DNA of 64,000 nt. Source: Marsupella aquatica. Its lineage: Eukaryota > Plantae > Marchantiophyta. The notes beneath the pieces are model-generated. The model was given only the letters and a program-made list of their open reading frames with translations, was not told the DNA's origin and made no database searches. This document shows, in pieces, positions 48,740-59,700 of the stretch; the stretch's first letter is position 1, and each line of letters opens with the position of its first letter. Location: NCBI GenBank assembly GCA_973895155.1, contig OZ316891.1:21566513-21630512 (forward strand). The letters are read 5' to 3'. Made by a program: the position numbers and the translations under genes.

Positions 48740-49690
48740 CAATTCAAATCCATTGATTGACTAAGGACCTCACGGCATGAGCTTTCTGACACAAAGGTAA
48801 TTGCAGTGGTGTCTATCAAAAATCCCATAACATGCTCTCTTTCATTGGTAGTAGGCTCCACTAATTGCTGTAGAGTTGTATCCCATACAAGTCTTAGAGG
48901 GCCATCTGCTCGAAAAGCATATGAAGCAGATCAAATGGCTCACAAAAGTGGGTAATGCACGATGTGGGCACCCAACGACATTGACCACTACCAATGGAGG
49001 TCTGTCAGGTTGGGTCAGACCTTGGGCACAACGCCCTAGATCCAAAACATCATCCACCACCAAGGCTGTTGATCAAGGGATATTATCAAATGCTTGCTTC
49101 ACAACCTCACATGGTAACAAATTAGTCCACCACAAGCGTGGACAATGTGCAAGAGAATCCACACGTGGAACATCCAATAACACTGTAGCAGGCCCAATTC
49201 ATGGCCTGACCTAATGAACATTGGCAACAAGTCATATGATGATCATCACCAATAATGACACATTCTTCTTAATATAGGCAAGAGAATGTGTTTGATGCAA
49301 CTAAAGATGATGCAACACACATAACATCTCCCAAAACAATGCAGATCATGGATCATGAAGTCCGTGTCCAAATCCTGCTCTAGATTGGCCTTGACATGGC
49401 CAACCAACAATCACCAAATCAATGGGGCCAACACGACGCAGATGATCCACCCCTAGCAATGAAATATCAGTAGGTAACGCATGTTGATAGCCACAAACAA
49501 CATTCACTGATAGCAACTGTGGATAACAATCCACCAACATAGTCACATAACGCTTGCAATGGGACTCTTTGTGCTGTCCCATCTTTCTCCACATACAAGT
49601 AATGACGCACAAGAATTTTTGCTTGAAGAATAGCAGCCAATTTTGTGCCTATCCCACCAAATAGATCCAACAAACAAATACCCTCCAAAG
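48740..49690 (-). pseudogene. DNMT3-like C5 cytosine methyltransferase domain within pol
   Basis: Motif I LLDLFGGIG; II YLYVEKD; IV PIDLVIVGWPCQGQS; VI YIKKNV (ENV decayed); VIII LLDVPRVDSLAHCPRLWWTNLLP; IX NEREHVMGF..TT; X REVLSQSMD. Frameshift at ~49555 plus stops. Confidence 0.88.
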
Positions 49691-50444
49691 GATACTGCCA
49701 TGCAATGGGACCGAGTGATATCCAATGGTGAAAGGGTCAATGGTCCATTTGCAAGAGATTGATCTGCTCTTGACTATAGTGTAAAATCATGATGCCATGC
49801 ATTGATCATGTACCAATCGAGTAGCTGCACTTTGTGGTACTAAGCTAGGCTTGTGAAGTACTACCCCACACTAGTGGAACAACATTGTCAATAGGTAACC
49901 CCCACATCATTTGCTCCTTATGTGACTCCGGCCTCCAATGATGGAGCATCTGCTACATGCGCATTACTTACCCTCAATCAAATCATCAGGCCCATTGACA
50001 ACATCACTATAGTAAATATTTCCAAAGACAATGGTGTTGATTTAGAGTCTCCTACAGGTCCACTAAATTGCATTGGTAATCTGCTTAATCGAGTGTCTCT
50101 AGATTGCCAATCAGGGTGGTAGGAAACTAATTCATCCCAAAAATCAAGAACAAATCCCATGGGGTAAAGCACTATAAACCCCACCAACACATCATGTGAT
50201 TCAACCTTAGTCACAATAGCTTGCGACTGTATGTGTGAACTATCTTTTACAAGATCTTCTTGAATCCTCAAATCAAGTGGGAGTCTGATGATATGTTGTG
50301 TGGGTTTAGGTCCCCCTAATGAAGCCTGAATGGGAAAGGGACAGTCCTCCAAATCATCTGGATGCAATCCTAGTCCCCATATTTTCAACTTCCCCAACCT
50401 CGTTCCCAACATCAAGGATTTCAGGAGCACCAGTATCCAATAAT

Positions 50445-50740
50445 CTCGGGGGTTTCACTTCCACAAAAATGGCATATCACATGCGACAAAGGATAGGGTC
50501 ATTTTATTGATTGTAAGGGAAGACTTAAGAATTTTTGTAGAAGAACAATAGGGTCTTTTAAATTCAATTTTGAGACTTATAAGAACATTAGGGCCTTTTT
50601 AATCCAATTTTTGGAATATTCCAAGAATATTCCAACTTTATAGGGGTTAAAAAATAATTTTTTTTCTTACATTTTAGGGGGTCCAAGGCCTAAAAACGTC
50701 GCAGGTGATGGGGAGGTCCCCATGTAGTGAGACCCCCGAG
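50445..50740 (-). mobile_element. MITE, family A, inserted in the protease active-site motif
   Basis: TIRs CTCGGGGGTTTCAC / GTGAGACCCCCGAG; perfect TSD CCAATAAT (50437-50444 and 50741-50748). Confidence 0.95.
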
Positions 50741-50781
50741 CCAATAATACTTGCTTTGGCTGGTATATTGCTCCAGAAGGC

Positions 50782-51082
50782 CTCGGGCCGGGGGTCTCAG
50801 CATATGGATGTCTCCCCATCACCTACGACGTTTTTAGGCCTTGGACCCCCTAATATGTAAGAATTTTTTTATTTTTCAACCCCTATAAAGTTTAAATATT
50901 TCTTGGAATATTCCAAAAATCTGGTTATAAGGACCCTAATGTTCTTATAAGTCTCAAAATTGGATTTAATTGACCATATTGTTCTTCTCATAAAATTCTT
51001 AAGTCTTTCCTTCAAACAAATAAAATGACCCTATACTTTGTCGCATGTGATATGCCATTTTTGTGGAAGTCAAACCCCAAAG
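50782..51082 (+). mobile_element. MITE, family A, opposite orientation
   Basis: CTCGGGCCGGGGGTCTCA..GTCAAACCCCAAAG; perfect TSD CAGAAGGC (50774-50781 and 51083-51090). Confidence 0.93.
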
Positions 51083-53289
51083 CAGAAGGCCCAACTAATT
51101 GGAAGATACCATTTCGATTATCCAATGATGCAACACTAGGTTTAAACCTAGTTCTTTCAAATGTAGGACGTGTTGATAAATCTATCAAGGTTCCTCATTG
51201 CTGCTACATGTCATGTCTCACCATTGGCAATAGGTGGAGTCAACTCCACTACTTTAGAATTGGGTGTTGCTTGTGCGCAAGAAGCAACAACTAGAGTATC
51301 CTTGCATAATGTGGCCGCCAATTTGAACACATCAGCTGAACTAACTTCCAATGTCAACATATCTGTAGCTAAAAATAATGGCATGCGCACGATATATAGC
51401 GAGATATATAGTAGTGGCCGCCCCCAACAAGATACTTGTCATCCATGATACAACATCACCTGATGTCGCTAACTTACCTCCATCTGGGTTAGTCCAAATT
51501 GGGTTCATAGAGGTAGTGTGAATTGTATTTGACAATGTAAACGACTGGGGAAGCTTTGTTTGACAACAAGCATCCCCTCTTTGAGGATCCAAATCTACTA
51601 GTGCTCCTCGGGGCTCAAGGGCTTTTGCTTCTCCTTGAGTCAATGTTGTTGATGCATCCATATGTGCAATGCCACACATGAATCCCATGGTGGCAAGATC
51701 TCCATAAGCCCCATAAGATATAGCTAGCTCCATAGTATGTAGAAGCTCCATCACCAAAAGCAAGTCTCACCTGAGAACTAGCCATAGCAGCTAGTTGTTG
51801 TTCTAATTGAGCAATGTAAGCATCCTTAGGATCCGTGATAACGACAAGAGCAACATCACCTCCTTGTCTTCCTACATGTGGCATGCCTGGGCCATGTCCA
51901 CCACCTCTACCTCCTCTTCCCTGATCATACGCACATGGTCCTCGATCCCCACCGTAGTTCATGATGGAGTATAAAATACCTATCTTTGGTGTGTCCATAA
52001 ACTCCACAATGATCACACTGTCGTTGATCAGGCGTAGATGCTTCTCCTTGCCCAGTATTATTGGGGAGATATCTCTATGCATGATCCCCACCACAAGTCC
52101 AAGATCTTGACGATCTTGACGATCCCCACCACAAGTCCAAGATCTTGATGATAGATCTCTGACTAGTAGATTCCCGTGTTGTAGGCTTCTCCCTCTGGCT
52201 CTTACGTGCAGCAGACTATGATGTGGGTGTCACCTTGGCAAATCCGGAAGTCACCACCCTCTCATTCACTATGTTGAGCTCAATGCGCTCGGAAAGTGCA
52301 AAAACAACTGCCAATGTGGGATCTGAATCCCTAAGTGGAGTGACATCTCTCATTCTAAGTCGTAGCTCCTTATCTAGAATGACATTAATACGAAAGTTTG
52401 GCTGCTTGGCTTCTATCACTCTCTTTGTGACAGTAATCAATTAATCTTTGCATACGGATGTATGACTCACGTAGACTCTTTTCGAGTCTTGCGCTGAAAC
52501 TCTTGAAGACACTTCAACTTATCAGGTCTCACACCCTGATAATTGTGCTTCTATAATACCTTAAAGAACTCCATTACAAGGTTACATGTTGGTGCAACTC
52601 TAGTCCCTGCCACAATCACACCGGTTGGAGTAGCAATGGATGTTGCTGGAGTACCACTCTGGCTAGTGCTGCTAGTTGAAGCAACAACTATAGCAATGGG
52701 TTGGGCAACTGCACTTGTGTCATAAGTGATGAACACATAGTTTGGTGACCAATGTTGTCTTCATGCCTCAATATCAATCAAATGAGCCTTTTGAAACTCA
52801 TGGTATGGGGCCACCTCGTCACGCATCATCCTCAAAAGGAGTATATTGAATAGCGTACATTCACGCATGACGCAAAACGGAGGGGTGGCCCCTCCAAATT
52901 CTGAAATAATCTCTTCCATGTCTTAAAACAATGTGGCGTTATTCAATGTCTGCATATTGCACTACGTATCAAACTTTTGGATGTTCAAGTCATCCAAATT
53001 AATATTGCCCACTACACTAGAGTACCTCCTCGGGCCTTTTTTTGCCCCATACATCTCATCCATATCCCACAGCAATGGTGCAATCACTTGATGATAAGGA
53101 GAATTGGTCATTGAGTCCTTGTTAGAATCACTAGTATATGAAATCCCGTTGGTGACTGCTAGTTAGCAATGTTGTTGGCCAAAATTGCACTCCACTTTGA
53201 GTGAAACCAGCCCATTGTCCCTTGGGTAGCCCCATATCACCAAAGGACTCCATGATGACCAATTTGTTCTAACCTTCAACACCAACTAG

Positions 53290-53447
53290 CTTGATTTGGG
53301 ATCAACCTGCTCTCCACACGAATAGGCTTGATCCAGGATTACCTCTCTCAATACAAATTGGTTTGATCCGAGATCAACCCTCAACACAAACTACCTTGAT
53401 CCGAGATCAATCCTCAACACAAATTACCTTGATCCGGGATCAACCCA
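53290..53447. repeat. ~33-37-bp tandem repeat (5 units) with TTGATCCGAGATCAA palindromic core, in the 5' leader of the DNMT-gypsy
   Basis: CTTGATCCGAGATCAACCCTCAACACAAAYTAC-like units at ~53290, 53328, 53363, 53395 and 53428. Confidence 0.85.
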
Positions 53448-53985
53448 CCGCACTCACGCACGAAACATGCCACAATATTTGGACCAAATCACTAAGTATT
53501 CAATAATGTTGTTGTTTCTGTGTGTCCTAGATTGCTGCTACACCTTGCCTCTTCGCGGTGCGCTAAGTCTCGTTGACAACACAATTCACCAACATTCAAT
53601 TGCACTTTCTTTGTAGAAATGCACTTCCCATCAACACTAAATTTGACAAATCTCAAATCTCAAATGTATACCTCTAACTATCAACTCCCAATTGGAACCA
53701 TCCCCAATCAGGACCACAAACAATCACAAGTCCAAATGACTTGCCTTCACAATACAACAGCAAATGCTTTTAGAAATCCGCACACAATAGTCAACAATAG
53801 CTTCTGATCGTCGATGCACAATCAATCCTTCACAATGTTGTAATTGGGGCTGTAAATTGATAGGGACTGCAACTCCAAAATTGCAACTTAGCAACTCGAA
53901 GCTCCACATCCACTAGAGCTTTGTATAACAGATCGAGTACCAGTGATCTGTTCAACAACAAAACCTGATCCGAGCTACCACAAAT

Positions 53986-54617
53986 TGTCAACAACAAAAC
54001 CAAAATGAAATTGAACTTCTGTTTGCACAGTCCCCCAGGACCCTCACTTAGTGTAAAAGAAGTGGACCCCCTACGATCGGACCCTCTTCTTGTTTACCCC
54101 TTGTTATTTCCATTTTACTATAAAATTTTGATTCCCTTATTATCGGTAATGATTATAATTATTTGTTCAAAAATGAATAAAACTACCCTTCAAGCGTTTG
54201 CACGTCCTCCACATATTAGTTAAGACTAAGGCCTGGGACACAGTCCGCACAACAGAATTTGAAGTTGATCTTTCAATGTAATCTTGACTCAAAATCAAAC
54301 AATGATCGGTGCCAATCCAACAATGATCCTGCCTGATGCAATGACACATGTATGTCAAGCCCAACGCACATTGTGCTTCAAGGAATCTGCGTTACATGCA
54401 GCACACACCCTAGTCAGCCACACCATAGCTACCGGAGCTTGTGCTCAAATGCTCACAAGCTCAACATTAAAAGATGAGGCTTTTGAGCCAACAGAAGGGG
54501 ATAACTGTCCCTCACACAAACACAAACTAAACACTAAATGCTCATATAGCACACAAAAAAACCTCTATACCTAGATAGTACAATATATACTATATTATCA
54601 CTCTAAATGGTGTGACA
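53986..54617 (-). repeat. Candidate 5' LTR (~630 bp) of the DNMT-gypsy element
   Basis: Minus strand TGTCACACC..TGTTGACA with 5-bp inverted termini, followed 5 nt later by PBS-like TGGTAGCTCGGATCAGG. No second LTR in the window to confirm it. Confidence 0.45.
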
Positions 54618-55344
54618 TGTTGCAGTCACCAAACGTAGTAGGGTTGGAGATGCAGTCCATGAGAGGAGGGATCTCGGTGCAAATGATTGAATTAGGATGC
54701 GACATCAAAATTCTTGCCTGATACTGGGTGAGCAGATAATTATGAAGGTCTTGCAGCAGTTTGGGTAACAAAACTCTGTTGGAGCATTTTGGCAAATGTG
54801 GAGGCCCATGTTTGCTTCAAATTCACAAGAGGGTGGGATATTTATTGTCTATATTTTAGTTGTGGTGGGGTAAAACAAGTAAATGTTATTTTTACAAAAC
54901 TCAAATTCAGTAGGTTCCAATACTAAAGTGGAAAGGAAGTGAAGGAATTCATCCAAATAACTTTCATAACTAAAATTTGTTTGTTGTCACATTGGCATGT
55001 GAATTGTAACTTAGAAAGTCATGCTCCCATGGATTACAATGTTGGACTTTTGAACCCCATGGGCCACCTGTCCCAAAATTCGAGTATAGTTGTCATAACT
55101 TGATGTTCATAAATATCAAATATTTTTTAGTTTTGAGGATGTGCTACAGGAGTAGGTAAGCTACACTCCATCAAAGTCGTTTTGGTTGGATTATCCATCA
55201 GAGAATGAAGAGGGATATATTTTATTAGATTAATTTTCGTTGTGTTAATATGAAATTTTAGGGCTTGTAGTTTTTAATGTCTCCTGTTCACTAGTTGCCT
55301 TTAGGGTGAAAAACTAAAAATTATATTCATAATCATCAAGTTCT

Positions 55345-55545
55345 AAGCCCAAAACTCCAATGGACCACCAAAATGAGATCCACAGTGCTGTCCAACATGA
55401 AGGTCCATCCGGGCTATACACCCAAAGCTCCAATGGACCACCAAAATGAGATACACCCGACCACTATACACCCAAAGCTCCAATGGACCACCAAAATGAG
55501 ATACACCCGACCACTGTGTCCAACATGGAGGTCCATCCGGGCTTC
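55345..55545. repeat. Short tandem repeat (3 units)
   Basis: CCCAAARCTCCAATGGACCACCAAAATGAGAT at ~55348, 55421 and 55471. Confidence 0.85.
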
Positions 55546-56769
55546 CTGGTTTGATGAATTTTCCATGACAGAGCGACATACTCCAAAATTTGATCTTGAA
55601 CAAAAAGCCCCTAATCATAGTTACTCTGTTTATAATGTAGACGCAGAAGACCTCCAACCTTCTGTACATCCATGGTCAATCACAGTTCTCAAGAAGACAT
55701 ATAAGAGCTGCCTCCCTTCTAGACATCCTCTGTGTCTCTAGGAATCTAATTTGACCTGAAAGAGACTGAGAAGCTATACTGTATGCAAATCCTCTCGATG
55801 TTTCAGGTTACAAGGAATGGTGAAATGGGGTCGCTGACAGCAACCAATCCAAGGACAACTCTATCTTTACGCAGCAGAGGACGAGCTCGAGGTTCAATAC
55901 AGTGACACAAGCAAGGAAAGAAGGAAACAAGGTTCCAAACAGAGGCTGCTTCAATGGCAGAAGCAGGTGTAAACCTGTTCTTCAGGAGCTGTTTAAACGG
56001 TTTTTGTCCATCTCAGAAGTAGATGGACACTGGAAAGCAATCCACAATTGAACTGATAAAGATGAACATGTGAGGCTACTCAGTTAAGAACAAATTTGCG
56101 TCGATTCAGAACGTCCTGTGTGGAAACATTTGAAAGTTTCAGAATATTTATTCATCAGCATTTCTTAATTATTTATACATGAAATTTGAAGGATTCTGGT
56201 CTAATGGGATCTCAGCTGCCTGCAGCTTGCAGAGTAATTTCCTTATCGAGACAATTCTCATGAGATAGAAGCTACAGCCAGAGCCTTCACAACAGACTGG
56301 GAAAACTTTCCATTCGAGACCCTCTGCCACCTTCGTTGCATATTGCATATTGCATATTGCATATTGCATAATGACAAATCTCATTACTGAGCTGTGAGCG
56401 TGATTCCAACAAATCAGCACTGGAAAAGAATCAAGTACGCTATCAATGGGTTTATATGTGCAATGAATAACCTGTGACAGCTCCCCACCGGCCACTGCTC
56501 GCGAGAGTCATCTTTCATACTCCTAGTCGGACGACTAGTAGTAGCTCCCAAAAAAATTAGAATATAACCGTTCCCAATTGCCAGTACTTTGAGGCCTTTC
56601 TATAGCAAAATCTCACCCAAAGGAAAAGGAGTAGCCGTCTCTTGACAGACCAAGGGCATCAAGAAGTCAGGTTTAAGTTCATGTACATCAAACAATTTGA
56701 AGGGTTTCGATGGGTTGTTGAAGGACCACGCGCATCCTCAGTCCCGTTACAATGGGGCTAAGTAATTAC

Positions 56770-59700
56770 CTACTTATTAAATGATTCCTCTATCTGGTCA
56801 AGTGTCTTGCCTCGTGTCTCCGGGACAAAAAGGGCTACGAAGATGGCTGCGCACAAACTAATAAAAGCAAATAACCAAAAAGTTCCTGCACAATTCCAAA
56901 CACTATGTCAGGTTCTCTGAACTATTCTCCACGCACACCATCATCACCTAGATGAATGTTTTGGAGAGCGAGACAACTGACATATAGCTAATGAAAACCT
57001 TCATCCCTGTACCTGAATTACTCCATTCAAAAAAGAAGTTGAACGTCAATGTTATGACCCAAGCGGTGGACCAGTTGACTAAGGAAGCCAAACTCCCAGC
57101 ATTAGCCTTCACGTGATTTGGGAAGATCTGCCCCCAGATGTTATATACGCCAACCATTGTCAATATAGCAAGTCCAATGCTAAAAAATCAAGCACACACT
57201 TCATGATCCAAACCAAGCAGAAAACGCAAATAGAAGTCATATGCTTCGTGAATAATTTGCAAAACGAAAAGAATTGTACCTCTGCAACTAAGACCCAAGG
57301 AATAGGACCCAGTCCGATGGCAAATGCACCTATAAACACCTGTGAACATGTCCCAAACATACCACGAAATGACCTTTAGCTGTAATATGTCAAAAGAAAC
57401 AACAGGACGAAAAGAGGAAATAGATGCAAGGTTAGCTCTATCCACCATTAATTCATCACCTGGTCGCTTGAACAACCCAGCATAGAATACCCCAATAGGC
57501 TGGTAACGTGCTCCCAATGTGACTCAGCATTGAAGTGCACTATAACTAAAACAAGGCAAAACCTTACCAAAAGACACGACAAGGCAAGAATGTCAATAAA
57601 AATCTCCATTCCAGCAGACATTGTACCCTCCTCTTCAATTCCCTGCAATTCAACAGTCCCCTCCGGTTACATGACTTTCTAACCTTCCAGTTCAATCTCA
57701 GTTTAAACATCAAAGACTGCCATGCATGCATTGCACGATCCAAAGTCTGTCTTGAAATTGGTTAAGTTATCCTATGCCTATTCAGCATTGTAGCGGGACA
57801 CAAGCACAATTCTCAATATGGAAACTCAGATATGAGATGGTACAATGAGGAGGCTGTGCTTACTTTCAGGTAGAACGCTAGCCCCACAAGGAAGAGACTT
57901 AAAGCCATGCCACTGGTAGACACCTGAACATAGAACACCAAATCTTAGCTGTGGCAGAAAGTGAAGAGCTTTGTAGTTATCGATTATTCTGTAGAAATTC
58001 TGAAGCACATCACATATTTGGATGGGAATTCAACACTTGCCAAGAGAAGAAGACGTCGACCAGCTTTGTCCACTAATCCTGCCGATATAAGCGTTACTAT
58101 AACCTGCAAGGCCGCTATGGAAAGTGCGGCTAGAGTTGCAGAAGGGACACCTGCACGACAAATTCAATGATCAGTCGGAATTAACAAACAAAATTCGAGA
58201 TTGACCATACATTCTGACGATTCTACGGTACATTACAATTACAAGAGAAACGACATCAAGCTCAGATTCAGGTGTCAAGGTACAGCTAGCATCGTAGGGG
58301 CCCGTAGATAAATACAACTTAGTGCAACAAAATTGAGTACACCATACCACTACAAGAGAGAAACTTGCCTGCTGCTAGAAATATAGCAGTCGAGTAAAGC
58401 ATCACCCCATTAATACCGGTGATTTGCTGCGCCATCTGCACACCGCATCCAGCCTAAAGTAGAGATTGCAAAATCGAGAAAACCAATTAGATAAGGTGTA
58501 CATTGCAAATCGGTGTCGACATATCGTATAGGATTGTATTCATAGGTGCATTTCAGAATGTTTTGCAGGCGTAGCGCACGTCAGCATGTGTGACGTGCTA
58601 AGCACACACCATCAGAGGATATTTACCTCGATTCGTGAAACATGACCCCTTTTTCCCGTACAAACGACCCCTCTATCGTTCGTTTTAGCTGATTTGGAAG
58701 TTACCAATCCATTACTCCCAGGCATGTGATATAGAAGAACTCACAAGAAGGGGTCGTCTATATCTCTTCGCGAAAACATCCGTAAACTTGGATTTTGGTT
58801 GCTGTTTGATCGTCTCCGCTGCTGCCTGAACATTTACATATCCACTTATGATGAAATGTCCCACTCAGTGCCACCATGAGATACAAGAAACAGAGTGGGA
58901 ACGAAACATTTCACTCTCTATGCACTGCCGGTGATAATGCGTGAAGGGGGAACCTTAGTTTCACTAAATTCGCGAGAGATATTGTAATCTTTTCCCCTCA
59001 AAAACTGCAGGGCTGATGCAAGCTCCTCATGCCTGTCCACGCTGGCCTGCAGTAGCCGTCAATTCATTACCATCTCTCCAAGCCTTGAACTATCAAACTC
59101 ATAAGGTTACATGTTGTGCTGATACGTTTACTTTCCTAAATTTTCTTTGCAAAGTGATTTTGTGATATTGTCTGCTAATAACTCGCTCAAAGTGAGGTCA
59201 GAAGACTGGTCTCGGGCGTCAACCTCCGGCTATTGACCCACTATTTTAAGTGGGGTTACAAACCTAATGGATTGATTCAATCCGCTGGAGACGTTGACAA
59301 CATACTGCATAGGCTATCGACGACCAGTTTCCCCCAATGCCCTACCTCTATTGCTACAAATGCCGGCCAGTAATGAACACTAAGTAGCAACATTACTTAT
59401 CTATCCCCCGTAAGCCGTCCGAACTGCAGATGTTTAGCGAAGCGATCAACTTTAAAAAATCGAAATGAGCAGAGCATTCCGAGCAAGACATCAATGACAC
59501 AGAAAGCACATGAATGATACGACGTACCAGCCAATGAGGACTTTCTGGAATAAAAATGAACCCAACTAGGGAAAGTACACATGGTATTGTTCCTGCAAAC
59601 GCAAAACAGAAACACCTGGGTTCATTATCATTTTAGGAACCAGTACCAGGAAATGCTTACACATGCATTGGATTTTGTGTCGCCTGCAATGATCCAAGTC

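Larger units (their letters stand above)
48130..54617 (-). mobile_element. Decayed Ty3/gypsy element carrying a DNMT3-like domain (LTR?-gag-PR-DNMT-RT, truncated in RT)
   Basis: Gag fragments with knuckle CDHCGVYGHTKDR (~52000); protease KQVLLDTGA (split by a MITE); methyltransferase motifs at 49690-48740; RT start IELASDAPIFHRPY..LLEAGLVE..KKD. Candidate LTR 53986-54617 (TGTCA..TGACA). Confidence 0.8.
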
